A DNA stretch of 64,000 nt from the NCBI GenBank assembly GCA_963664115.2, contig CAXWPJ010000010.1, positions 1 to 64,000 on the forward strand, in the 5' to 3' direction. Position numbers and translations under genes: made by a program. Shown here piece by piece: positions 31,901 to 40,955 of the stretch. Origin of the DNA: Terriglobia bacterium. Lineage in GTDB: Bacteria; Acidobacteriota; Terriglobia; 20CM-2-55-15. The notes under the pieces are model-generated. The model saw nothing but the letters and a program-made list of their open reading frames with translations. It made no database searches and had not been told where the DNA came from. Position 1 is the stretch's first letter, and each line of letters begins with the position of its first letter.

Positions 31901-32229
31901 GCGGTTCAGATCCGGGAGACAACTATTTGCTCGCGTCCGCCTTCGCTAACCCGGCCGCGGGCACGTTGGGGACGATGCGCCGCAACGGTGCGGCCGGTTG
32001 GAACCGGTGGGATTTCGATCTGGCCCTGGCCAAAATCGTCCGTTTTGGTGAAAGCCAATCGCTTGAGTTCCGAGTCGAGGCCTATAACGTGACAAACAGT
32101 TTCCGGCCCGAAAGGCCCGGAGGCTTCGGAGCAGGCGCTTTCACAGACATCAGCAATCGAAGATTCGGTGTGATCCGCAACTCTGAAGCGCCGCGGATCC
32201 TGCAGTTCGCACTGAAGTACGCGTTCTAA
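28924..32229 (+). CDS. Oar-like TonB-dependent receptor with N-terminal carboxypeptidase-regulatory-like domain
   Basis: ISGTATDTTGALLPG, LPLNGRN, TKSGTNQFHGNLFEFVRN, FAPRLGLAWD, RILQFALKYAF end. Confidence 0.92.
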   Translation: MKRIGITVLSGLLMCVFASPEARAQATAQISGTATDTTGALLPGVEITATQVETGITRTAITNETGAYNLPNLPLGPTQVEAVLPGFQTFLRSGLVLQVNADLVINAVMEVGQVTQTIEVTANAALVETRSTALGTIIENERILELPLNGRNVQDLIELAGGAINQSEGRGAGLVGGQSDVISVAGGAGFGVDYSLDGANHNSFITGSTMLMPFPDAMQEFTVERSGVTADRGSSTAVAAVTKSGTNQFHGNLFEFVRNDAFNAREYFSTSQSTLKRHQMGGTIGGPILENQLFFFGGVQRTTLRADPASTRATVPTADMIAGDWTTFTSPACGGRSSRRFTNDMIDPARFSKVALNMVNLPTFPKPVDECGNITFSGSRDNDNENFYVGRMDYQASDSHSLFGRLLIQDFGENQPVTENFLQATGWRESMQQSYTLGSTLLFGGNFVHSFRYSYNTTVNNYLQPENGTNWCDLGSAIYCEPRISTINRLVVSGGFGVSNGFENDWQYTAFSHGINDDVSFIRGAHQFGFGAAFFYGDQANTNVTWASQHQFRFGRLADFMTGSIQVLFTGQTNDHLVTQKDFALYATDTWAATPTVNISAGVRWEPFVAPNVKAIYNFDIDRLRAGVRTSVFDNAPTGFYYRGDPGFPTNGINNRWAQFAPRLGLAWDVFGDGRTALRTSYSLSFLDYPGDFREGFSGGAPWGSRINLPFGSPLDDPYARVPGGSTFPYEVNNSAPFPSSGLFFTQSYDTKQPYTQAWNLSLERQLGNDWSISTAYTGNNIMHVWGNKALNDAVFFAGVANAGGTCSAEGFTISLAPGATCSTLRNIEDRRRLLLENPTDTFKKPGNLAETDDGGVQSYHGMIVSVRRRAANGVSLNFNYTWSHCIGPYATLWGPMSMHPDDTYIDPTNREFDQGDCDSDRRHLFNTTLSAETPEFANRTLRLLASGWRLSGIYKFAAGEPLTIHTGADIALNGIDDSDTQRPNQVADNIYGGSDPGDNYLLASAFANPAAGTLGTMRRNGAAGWNRWDFDLALAKIVRFGESQSLEFRVEAYNVTNSFRPERPGGFGAGAFTDISNRRFGVIRNSEAPRILQFALKYAF

Positions 32230-32261
32230 GATCGCTCCTTCAGCGAATAGACGTTTCCAAG

Positions 32262-32298
32262 GCCGGTGCGGGGTCAGACCCGCGCCGGCTCTTTATTT
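32262..32298 (+). terminator. Intrinsic terminator or stabilising hairpin after the TonB receptor
   Basis: GCCGGTGCGGG-GTCAGA-CCCGCGCCGGC, 11 bp stem with one G:U pair, followed by TCTTTATTT. Confidence 0.65.
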
Positions 32299-32368
32299 GC
32301 CTGCCGGATTCGGGCATCCCTCTTCGAATACCTATTTCTCAAGAAGCGAGCCACGGATCCTTCCGACT

Positions 32369-32489
32369 GTAGGTGCCGTCTATGAGGGCACAGCGCATTC
32401 GCCTAAGTTTGTGCGCTCATAGAGCGCACCTACAGAAGACGTCTGGATACGTGCTCCCTCCTAACTGTAGGTGCGGTCTGCGACCGCAC
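32369..32489. repeat. Cluster of three GTAG-type REP palindromes in alternating orientation (BIME-like)
   Basis: GTAG-GTGCCGTC-TAT-GAGGGCAC (32369-32391), GTGCGCTC-ATA-GAGCGCAC-CTAC (32411-32433), GTAG-GTGCGGTC-TGC-GACCGCAC (32467-32489). Confidence 0.85.
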
Positions 32490-32621
32490 GGTGCGTCGGG
32501 GCCCGGGTGATATGGGGGGGGGGCCACGTCCGTCGCCGACGAGCCCTGACTGGGGGTACACCCTCTCCCTTGCCCGCATTAGTCTAAATAAGACACAATA
32601 CTCCGGTTGGGCATAGTGCCA

Positions 32622-32650
32622 TTCCGTTCAGTTCCGTTCCGTTCCGTTCG
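32622..32650. repeat. Pentanucleotide simple repeat (TTCCG) about 6 units, imperfect
   Basis: TTCCG TTCAG TTCCG TTCCG TTCCG TTCG, just upstream of the probable CRTAC1 start. Confidence 0.75.
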
Positions 32651-32669
32651 AGTTGAAGCGCAGGTGGAA

Positions 32670-34361
32670 GTGAACCGATATCGAATAGCCAGTCTACTGC
32701 TTGTGGTTCCCCTGTCAGGGGCGGGCCTCTTCGCGCAGGACAGCGGATTTCCTGGCCTATTTGACGTTGCCGGGGAAGTCGGTGTCACGCTCGAGAACAT
32801 CAGCGGCGAGGCGAGTGCTGACTACGTTATCCAGTCGACGGGTAATGGTGCTGGTTTCGTTGATTACGACAACGACGGCGACTTGGATCTGGTGATCGTG
32901 AACGGCTCGACGCTGGAGGGGTACGCCCAAGGTGGAGATCCGATTGCCGCCCTGTATGAAAACCGAGACGGGATTTTCTCTGACGTGACCCGGCAGGCAG
33001 GTCTGGAAGCGAGAGGTTGGGGGCAGGGTGTCTGCGTCGCGGACTACGACAATGATGGGAACCGTGACCTCTACCTCACGGCTTTCGGTCGGAATCTGCT
33101 CTACCGTAACAGCGGCGATGGGACCTTTGCCGAGACGGCTGTGGTGGCCGGCGTTGCGGATGAGCGCTGGAGCACGAACTGTGCGTTTGGCGATTACGAC
33201 CGCGACGGCAACGTGGATTTGTACGTCGCCAACTATGTGAGGTTTGATCCAGCGGTCGTTCCCCGACGCGGAGAGAGCAACGATTCGACGTGCCTCTACG
33301 TGGGCACTCCGGTTTTCTGCGGACCGCGCGGGTTGGATGGCGAGCCTGATGCGTTGTATCGCAACAACGGGGATGGTACCTTCTCGGATGTGACGACAGC
33401 GGCCCACATCGCCGCCCCGGGGCACTACGGTTTTGGGGTGGTCTTCAGCGATTTCGACAATGACGGGTGGTCCGACATCTACGTGGCCAACGACTCGGTA
33501 GCGAATTTTTTGTTCAGGAACAATCAGGACGGGACATTTGAGGACATCGGTCTGATTTCGGGTACGTCGTTGAACCAGATGGGCTTCGAGCAAGCAGGCA
33601 TGGGACTCGGAGTCGGCGACTACGACGGCAACGGTCACCTGGACATTTACGTGACCAATTTTTCTCAGGATACCAACACGCTCTATCAGAACGTAGGGGA
33701 CATGTTCTTCCTGGAAGTGACGGCCGAAGCGGGGACCGGCCAGGCATCATATCCGAATGTGGGCTGGGGAACGGGATTCGCCGACCTGGACAACGACGGG
33801 TGGCTGGATCTCTTCGTAGCGAACGGACATGTCTATCCTTCGGTCGATGATCTCGATGTCAACACGCGCTACAGGCAGCGAAAAGAGGTCTATCGCAACC
33901 TCGGTGACGGGACCTTCGAGGAAATCGCGGAGGATATGGAAGGAGATGTCTTGACCGCGCAGCCTTCGCGCGGTGCCGCATTTGGAGATTACGATAACGA
34001 CGGTGATCTCGACATAATCACGATCAATATGAATCAAGCGCCCAGCCTGTACCGGAACGAGGGTGGCAACCGGAGCCACTGGATCGGTTTCCGCCTCGAG
34101 GGTGTTTCGAGCAACCGGGATGCGATCGGCGCCAGAGTCGAAATCGATGTGGCCGGCCGAACGCAGGTGGGGGAGGTTCGGAGCGGCGGCAGCTACCTTT
34201 CTCATAACGACATGCGTGTGCACTTCGGTCTGGGAGAAGCCGAGCGCGTCGAGGCCATCCGAATCCGGTGGCCCAACGGCAACACAGAGGCGTTGGACGG
34301 CATCGATGCCGATCGCTATGTGACGATACGCGAGGGGATGGGTTTCATTGATGTCCGTTAG
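32670..34361 (+). CDS. CRTAC1-family protein (FG-GAP/VCBS repeats plus ASPIC/UnbV)
   Basis: Repeated DYDNDGxxD Ca-binding loops; SNRDAIGARV, GGSYLS, HFGLG, IRWPNG. Probable GTG start at 32670. Confidence 0.9.
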   Translation: MNRYRIASLLLVVPLSGAGLFAQDSGFPGLFDVAGEVGVTLENISGEASADYVIQSTGNGAGFVDYDNDGDLDLVIVNGSTLEGYAQGGDPIAALYENRDGIFSDVTRQAGLEARGWGQGVCVADYDNDGNRDLYLTAFGRNLLYRNSGDGTFAETAVVAGVADERWSTNCAFGDYDRDGNVDLYVANYVRFDPAVVPRRGESNDSTCLYVGTPVFCGPRGLDGEPDALYRNNGDGTFSDVTTAAHIAAPGHYGFGVVFSDFDNDGWSDIYVANDSVANFLFRNNQDGTFEDIGLISGTSLNQMGFEQAGMGLGVGDYDGNGHLDIYVTNFSQDTNTLYQNVGDMFFLEVTAEAGTGQASYPNVGWGTGFADLDNDGWLDLFVANGHVYPSVDDLDVNTRYRQRKEVYRNLGDGTFEEIAEDMEGDVLTAQPSRGAAFGDYDNDGDLDIITINMNQAPSLYRNEGGNRSHWIGFRLEGVSSNRDAIGARVEIDVAGRTQVGEVRSGGSYLSHNDMRVHFGLGEAERVEAIRIRWPNGNTEALDGIDADRYVTIREGMGFIDVR

Positions 34362-36093
34362 AGGGAGACTGGCCATCACGGGGAAGCGAATCCTTTGGAC
34401 AATCGCTGTCCTCAGTCTCACCGCGTCCAACGCCGCCGCCCTGCAGGCCGACCGTGTCGGTTTGCGCCTCCTGGTCGTTGGGACCGAAGCCGAGGCAGCT
34501 GACCTGCGAAGCCAGATCGAAGGCGGGGCGGCATTCGAACTCATTGCCCGCGACCATTCGCTGGACCCGACGGCCGCCTCCGGAGGCTACCTCGGTACGT
34601 TTGCCATCAGCGACCTGCGAACCGAGTACCGGGATGCGCTTCGAGGACTCGCTCCGGGCGAACTCAGCCCGATATCCAGTATCGATAGTGGTTATTTCCT
34701 GTTTCAGTTGCTGAGTGAACACGAAGAGCACTGGATCGCAGCCCGCGAAGAAGGCTTCCGCGCGTTTCAACGCGGAAGCTATGCCCAGTCTCTGGAGTCT
34801 TACGAAATTGCTCTCGAAGCAGCCGAACGCTTCGGTCTCCAAGATTCCCGACTGGGGAAAAGCCTCGACGACCTGGCTGGGGTTCACTATCTCCGGGGGA
34901 GTTACCGGGACGCTGTATCTCTCTATCGCAGATCCATGCCGATTCGCTGGGCGAGGCCGTCGGCGGACCTGCCCCCGGACGTTGGCGGTATGCTCGAGGA
35001 TTTTACAGCGCTGCTCAGTCTCGCATACTTCAGGGGCGAAGCGTTTGATCAAGCCCGGGAGGAGTACGAAGCTGCGATTAACCAGATGCCGTTGACCGAA
35101 GATCTGTACACGGCCATGACCAGCATGTTCTCGGTGGCCGAACTGGCCGAGGAAGCGGAAATGGTTTTGTTGGAGGCTGTGGAGGCGTTTCCGGATTCCA
35201 GGCTTCTCCGCTATGACTTGGGCCAGCAAGCTGTGGTGTTGGGGAAGCCGATCCAGGCCCTGGAGGTGTTCGAAGCCGCGAACGCGATCGATCAGATCCC
35301 AGGCGATTCCGCCGATCGACTGCAACGGAGTTTAATCTACCAGGGAATTGGGAACCTGCACGTCGAGCTGTTTCAATATGACGATGCGTTCGAGGCCTAC
35401 CAGGAGGCCGTGGAATTGGACCCGAGTAGTGTCGACGTGCATCTGTCGCTGGTTGATATCTATGTCAGTCGCGACGAAATCGAGAATGCATTGGCCGAGC
35501 TCGAATACGCCTTGTCCCTGGATCCCGACAATGTGCAGGCCTATTCGGGACTTGCGCAGGTACACCTGAAATCGGGAAGGTTCGAGGAATCCTTAGCAGC
35601 GGCCGAGAAGGCTCTCGAAATCGACCCGACCACCTACGGCACCCACTATTTCGCGGCGAGGGCAATGATTCGCCTGGGAATGAGAGAGGAAGGACGGGAG
35701 GAAATGCGCCGGTATCAGGAACTCCTGGCCAACGCGGAACAGGACGATCTCGACATACGTACGCTCAGCCGACGTGCTGGGGAGCTGGCCCTCGGCGGGG
35801 AGGGCCCCGAAGCGATTGCCGCGCTCGAGAGTCTAATCGAAACCTACCCCGATCAGGTCCTCCCGCGCCTGAATCTCGGATTCGCACAGCGCGAATTGGG
35901 TTTGCATCAGTCGGCGATCGATACGTTCCAGACGATGGTGGAGGAGGGACTGGACGGCGTTATGGTCCAGCGAAATCTGGCCGTCGAATACGAGGCTCTC
36001 GGCGATGTCCAGGCGCGCGACCGGCATCAGGCTGCGTTTTTCCAGAGAATGAACGCCTTCCTGACGGAAATGGCCAACTACCAACCGGAGTGA
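34351..36093 (+). CDS. Secreted TPR protein with N-terminal parvulin/rotamase-like domain
   Basis: GAAFELIARDHSLDPTAASGGYLG parvulin-like motif, then multiple TPRs (EAYQEAVELDP, AEKALEIDP); overlaps the upstream stop. Confidence 0.82.
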   Translation: MSVRGRLAITGKRILWTIAVLSLTASNAAALQADRVGLRLLVVGTEAEAADLRSQIEGGAAFELIARDHSLDPTAASGGYLGTFAISDLRTEYRDALRGLAPGELSPISSIDSGYFLFQLLSEHEEHWIAAREEGFRAFQRGSYAQSLESYEIALEAAERFGLQDSRLGKSLDDLAGVHYLRGSYRDAVSLYRRSMPIRWARPSADLPPDVGGMLEDFTALLSLAYFRGEAFDQAREEYEAAINQMPLTEDLYTAMTSMFSVAELAEEAEMVLLEAVEAFPDSRLLRYDLGQQAVVLGKPIQALEVFEAANAIDQIPGDSADRLQRSLIYQGIGNLHVELFQYDDAFEAYQEAVELDPSSVDVHLSLVDIYVSRDEIENALAELEYALSLDPDNVQAYSGLAQVHLKSGRFEESLAAAEKALEIDPTTYGTHYFAARAMIRLGMREEGREEMRRYQELLANAEQDDLDIRTLSRRAGELALGGEGPEAIAALESLIETYPDQVLPRLNLGFAQRELGLHQSAIDTFQTMVEEGLDGVMVQRNLAVEYEALGDVQARDRHQAAFFQRMNAFLTEMANYQPE

Positions 36094-36379
36094 ATGGTAA
36101 ATAGACAGCCCGTGGCAGAAGTCTCCAGGGCCGCGTTACGGCCAAACGGAGCTGGATTCCAGGAGACGCCTTGGCGTCGACGCGACGTCACGACGACGAG
36201 ACAATGCTCACACATTGGGAGGAGTCGGCGACAACGAAAACGGCCCCGTTTCGCCGTAACCCTTCGGGCGCAGCGGGGGGCGGGCCGCTAGGGTTTCACT
36301 GGCGTTGATATTTCTGTAGCTTCAAAGTTTTTTCTTGAATACTCTTCGGCCTGAAAAGCCGACTTCGTGGATCTGGACT

Positions 36380-39229
36380 ATGGGACTCGGTGAAGCAATC
36401 GACAGATGGGGCACCCTCCGGTTCCCAGCCGTTCTTCTTGTCTTGTTGCTCCTCACCGGTACTCACCTGTACTTGTTTCCGACCGGATCACTTTTGTTTG
36501 TGATCGTTGTTTTCCTCCACGTGTTCGGCGGCGTGGTGATGACCGGTTGGCTGGTGCGACTGCTGTCCCGGAATTTCGTAAACTATTCTCTCCCGGCCCG
36601 CACAGGCTGGTTGTTTCTTTCCGTGGGTGCGGGACTGGGTATCGCGCTGATTTTCACCGGGACGCCGCGATCTTACGTCCCGTGGCTATATGCTCACATC
36701 GGATTGTGCCTGCTCGGCCTTGTTGTCCTCTGCTCCGCAGAGGCTCGTGGTAAGGGGAAAGCAGGCCGGGCCACGCTGATTCTTCGGGTGGGCGCGCTGA
36801 CGCTTGCGGTCGGGGTCGGGGCCGTGGCCGCCGCGGGCTTTCGGGCACTCGGGTATGAGGGCTCTGTCATCGCCAACCCCGACGTGCCTCCCGCCAGCAT
36901 GGACGGAGAAGGCGGCGGCCCGGCGGGTCTCTTCTTTCCCAGCTCGGCCGAGACCAGCACCGATGGGTATGTCCCCGCAGATTTCTTCATGGAATCACAG
37001 AAATGTCAACGCTGCCACGAAGACATTTACGATCAGTGGTACTCCTCAGCGCATCATTTTTCCTCCTTCAACAACCAGTGGTACCGCAAAGCCGTCGAGT
37101 ATATGCAGGAGGTGGTTGGGCCCGGGCCCTCCAAGTGGTGCGGGGGGTGCCACGATCCGGCCCTTCTCTTCAGCGGTCTGATGGACACGCCGGTCGAGGA
37201 AATTCTCGACCGTCCCGAGTCTCAGGCCGGCCTGGGTTGCGTGATGTGCCATTCCATCTCTGTGAAAAGTACGATGGGACAGGGGGATTACACGATCGAA
37301 TACCCGCCGATGTATCGGTTGGCGACCAGCGAGAACCCCATTGTGCGGACCCTTCACGACTTCGTCGTCAAGGTCAGTCCGGAAGCGCACCGCCGCACTT
37401 TTATGAAGCCTTTCGTGCGCGAACAAACAGCCGAGTTATGCTCGGCTTGCCACAAGGTGCATCTGGATTCTCCGGTCAACAACTACCGGTGGATTCGCGG
37501 TTTCAACGATTACGACAGCTGGCAGGCCAGCGGCGTGTCCGGGGAGGGGGCGCGTTCTTTCTACTACCCGGCCGAGCCTCAAACGTGCACCGACTGCCAT
37601 ATGCCGATGATTTCTTCGCTTGACGCCGGCAATCAGGGCGGACTGGTGCACTCCCACCGCTTCCCTGCGGCCAACACGGCGTTGCCGGTGGCGAACCGGG
37701 ACCAGGCTCAACTCGATGCCACCGAAGAGTTCTTGACGAATGACATCGTCAGCGTTGATATCTTTGCGCTTTCTCGCGCTCGACCCAGGCAGATTGTGGC
37801 AGGGGGAGGGCGGACGGGCGATCTCTCCACCACCTTCGCTGTTGGAGAAGAAGCAGATCCGGGAAGAACGTTCGGCTTCCCCGAAACGTCGTCGCCGGTT
37901 ACTGCCCCAATCGATCGGACCCAACCGCGCGTCGGCCGAGGTGATTCCCTCCGAGTCGACGTGGTCGTTCGGACCCGTCAGGTCGGGCATTTTTTCCCCG
38001 CGGGAACTGTCGATGCTTTCGATGTCTGGGTCGAGTTGGTCGCGACAGACGACAGTGGGAAAGTCATATTCTGGAGTGGAATGGTCGAGGAAGAGGGGCG
38101 GGGTCCGGTCGAAAGAGGAGCGCATTTTTATCGATCGCTTTCGCTGGATGCTCATGGGAACCCTATCGACAAACGAAACGCCTGGGCGGCGCGCGCGGTT
38201 GTCTACGTGAACTTGATTCCTCCGGGTGCCGCCGACACCGTTCATTTTCGGTTGGAGATACCCGAGGACGCCGGCCCGGAGATTCATTTGGAGGCAAAGG
38301 TCCACTATCGAAAGTTTTCATGGTCGAACACGCGTTTCTCATACGCAGGAATCCGCGAGAGCGGCAGTGGGGGTCTGACTCCGGACTACGACGACGGGAC
38401 GTGGCGATTTGATGGCGACACTGCCAACGTTTCCGGTGAACTCAAGCAGATACCGGAGCTTCCAATCGTGACCTTGGCTGAGGATAGGGTGACGCTTCGG
38501 GTCGTGGACGCCGAGGCTGCGGTTGACGAGGAGGAAATCGTGATCGACACAACGGACTGGGAACGCTGGAACGACTACGGCATAGGACTGCTGCTCCAGG
38601 GAGATCTGAGAGGCGCAGAGGCGGCCTTCGGGCGGGCAACCGAGGCGGACCCTGAAAACGTCGACGGTTGGGTCAATATCGGCCGGGTTCGTGTTCGTGA
38701 AGGGAACCCCGAAGGCGCCCGGGAGGTGTTGGAAAGGGCTCTGGCGATGGAGCCCGACCTCGCACGCGCCAATTTCTTTTTTGCCCGTGTTCTCCGCGAT
38801 GAAGGCAACTTTGACCAGGCGCTCGAGCATTTGGATCGGGTCACGGCCGCCTACCCTCGCGACCGGGTCGTGTGGAATGAAATCGGACGCATCCGTTTCC
38901 TCCAGCGCCGTTACGAGGACGCAGTCGTCGCGTTGAGGCGTGTCTTGGAGATTGACCCGGAAGACCTCATGGCCCATTACAACCTGATGTTGTCCTACAG
39001 CGGTCTGAACGATGAAGGCCGCGCAGTCGAACATCAGCAGTTCTATCTGCGCTTCAAGGCCGATGAATCGGCTCAAGCGATCACCGGTCGATACTTGCGC
39101 GAGCATCCGGAAGACAACCTGGAACGTCAGCCGATTCACGAACACGGTTCGGTGCCCCTCCCCGAACCTTCCCAACCTCCGGCAACGACCGAGTTGGCGA
39201 CATCAACGAACGATGGAGGAAGGCGGTGA
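36380..39229 (+). CDS. Membrane-anchored pentaheme cytochrome c (c554-like) with C-terminal TPRs
   Basis: About 5 N-terminal TM helices; CQRCH, CGGCH, CVMCH, CSACH, CTDCH; HSHRF, GHFFPAG; TPRs at the end. Start codon uncertain. Confidence 0.88.
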   Translation: MGLGEAIDRWGTLRFPAVLLVLLLLTGTHLYLFPTGSLLFVIVVFLHVFGGVVMTGWLVRLLSRNFVNYSLPARTGWLFLSVGAGLGIALIFTGTPRSYVPWLYAHIGLCLLGLVVLCSAEARGKGKAGRATLILRVGALTLAVGVGAVAAAGFRALGYEGSVIANPDVPPASMDGEGGGPAGLFFPSSAETSTDGYVPADFFMESQKCQRCHEDIYDQWYSSAHHFSSFNNQWYRKAVEYMQEVVGPGPSKWCGGCHDPALLFSGLMDTPVEEILDRPESQAGLGCVMCHSISVKSTMGQGDYTIEYPPMYRLATSENPIVRTLHDFVVKVSPEAHRRTFMKPFVREQTAELCSACHKVHLDSPVNNYRWIRGFNDYDSWQASGVSGEGARSFYYPAEPQTCTDCHMPMISSLDAGNQGGLVHSHRFPAANTALPVANRDQAQLDATEEFLTNDIVSVDIFALSRARPRQIVAGGGRTGDLSTTFAVGEEADPGRTFGFPETSSPVTAPIDRTQPRVGRGDSLRVDVVVRTRQVGHFFPAGTVDAFDVWVELVATDDSGKVIFWSGMVEEEGRGPVERGAHFYRSLSLDAHGNPIDKRNAWAARAVVYVNLIPPGAADTVHFRLEIPEDAGPEIHLEAKVHYRKFSWSNTRFSYAGIRESGSGGLTPDYDDGTWRFDGDTANVSGELKQIPELPIVTLAEDRVTLRVVDAEAAVDEEEIVIDTTDWERWNDYGIGLLLQGDLRGAEAAFGRATEADPENVDGWVNIGRVRVREGNPEGAREVLERALAMEPDLARANFFFARVLRDEGNFDQALEHLDRVTAAYPRDRVVWNEIGRIRFLQRRYEDAVVALRRVLEIDPEDLMAHYNLMLSYSGLNDEGRAVEHQQFYLRFKADESAQAITGRYLREHPEDNLERQPIHEHGSVPLPEPSQPPATTELATSTNDGGRR

Positions 39230-40917
39230 GAGGAGCCCCAGGTCTGGTCTTAATTCTTTCGACACTGTTTGCCCCACCTTCGGCGCTGATGGGCCAGGAC
39301 ATGTCGACGATCAGGTTCGAAGCGATCACAACGGCGGCGGGCATCGACTTTACCCATAACAGCGGTGCGAGCGGGAACAGGTACCTTCCCGAAACAATGG
39401 GCCCTGGCGCTGGTTTCATGGACTATAACAGCGACGGGTGGCCGGACATCATACTCGTTAACGGTACCCACTGGCCGGGTGAGAGCGGACTGGCTTCCAC
39501 CCCGAAACTGTACAGAAACAACAAGAATGGGACTTTTTCCGATGTGACCGAGGCCGCGGGTTTGGCCGTGGAGATGTACGGCATGGGAGTCGGGGTCGCT
39601 GACTATGACAACGACGGCGACCAGGACCTGTTTTTGAGCGCACTGGGCCAGAACCGCCTCTATCGCAACGATGGCGCCGGGACGTTCGCCGACAGAACGA
39701 GTCAAGCCGGAATGCTGGGGCCGGAAGAGTTCAGCACCAGCGTCGCCTGGTCCGATTACGACCGGGATGGCCATGTTGACTTGTTCGTTGCCAATTACAT
39801 CCAATGGTCTGTCGAAAGCGATTTATACTGCACGCTGGACGGAACCCGGAAATCCTATTGCACGCCTGAATCCTACGGCGGAGTTTCGATGCGGCTCTGG
39901 CGTAACAATGGCGATGGCACGTTTCGAGATGCCACCCGGGAGGCGGGTGTCTTCGACCCCGATTCGAAGAGCCTGGGTATAGCGGTATTCGACTACGATC
40001 AAGACGATTGGCCTGACATCATGCTCGTTAACGATACCGAACCCAACAAGCTCTATCGTAACAGGGGTGATGGAACGTTCGAGGAGCGGGGAATGCTGTC
40101 CGGCGTTGCCTTGAGCGAGGATGGCGTGGCACGGGCTGGAATGGGCGTGGACACGGCAGACTACGACCGGTCGGGCTACCCCAGCGTCATCATCGGCAAT
40201 TTTTCCAACCAGATGCTTGCCTTGTACCACAACGAAGGCAACGGTCTGTTTATCGACGAGGCGCCCCGGTCTCAGCTGGGACGCAGGAGCCTGCCGACCC
40301 TGAGCTTTGCCTGTCTTTTTTTTGACTATGACCTGGATGGGTGGCCAGACATCCTGGCGGCGAACGGGCATATCGAAGATGAAATCGAGCGGGTGCAAGT
40401 CCGTATTAAGCATGCCCAACCGCTCCACCTCTTCCGCAATCGGGCGGGTCAAGGCTTCGAGGAAGTGACTGCGTCTCTTGGTGACGCGTTCGGAGCGCCC
40501 AGGGTCGCCCGGGCCGCTGCATACGCCGACATCGACAACGACGGCGACCTGGATGTGCTGATCACCACGAACGGCGGTCGCGCCGAGTTGTTTCGGAACG
40601 ACGGCAGAATCCATCGCAGTCTCCAGATTCGCCTGGTCGGGACCCGTTCTAATCGGGACGGACTGGGAGCAAAGGTTACGGTAACGGCGGGAGGTGAGCG
40701 TCAGACACAGACCCTCCACAGCGGAGCGGGCTATCTGTCCCAAAGTGAGCTTCGTTTGACCTTCGGTCTCGCCGAACATGAGGAGGCGGAGGTCGTTGAA
40801 GTCCGCTGGACCAGTGGTGCGGTCGACCGGTTGACGAACGTGGCGGCCGGAAGCACGGTGAGGGTGGAAGAAGGACAGGGACTCGTCGGGTCGGAACCAT
40901 TCGGCGTCCGTGACTAG
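39226..40917 (+). CDS. CRTAC1-family protein (FG-GAP plus ASPIC/UnbV)
   Basis: YLPETMGPG, repeated DxDxDG loops, SNRDGLGA, GYLSQS, FGL; GTGA overlap with the cytochrome gene. Confidence 0.9.
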   Translation: MRGAPGLVLILSTLFAPPSALMGQDMSTIRFEAITTAAGIDFTHNSGASGNRYLPETMGPGAGFMDYNSDGWPDIILVNGTHWPGESGLASTPKLYRNNKNGTFSDVTEAAGLAVEMYGMGVGVADYDNDGDQDLFLSALGQNRLYRNDGAGTFADRTSQAGMLGPEEFSTSVAWSDYDRDGHVDLFVANYIQWSVESDLYCTLDGTRKSYCTPESYGGVSMRLWRNNGDGTFRDATREAGVFDPDSKSLGIAVFDYDQDDWPDIMLVNDTEPNKLYRNRGDGTFEERGMLSGVALSEDGVARAGMGVDTADYDRSGYPSVIIGNFSNQMLALYHNEGNGLFIDEAPRSQLGRRSLPTLSFACLFFDYDLDGWPDILAANGHIEDEIERVQVRIKHAQPLHLFRNRAGQGFEEVTASLGDAFGAPRVARAAAYADIDNDGDLDVLITTNGGRAELFRNDGRIHRSLQIRLVGTRSNRDGLGAKVTVTAGGERQTQTLHSGAGYLSQSELRLTFGLAEHEEAEVVEVRWTSGAVDRLTNVAAGSTVRVEEGQGLVGSEPFGVRD

Positions 40918-40955
40918 CCGCGAAATCGAACGTTTTACGAAAAGAGACCTCAGAT

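Noticed and set aside
32369-32489. Possible mini CRISPR array
   Set aside because: Units alternate in orientation, vary in sequence and carry GTAG heads, and there are no cas genes. This fits REP elements.
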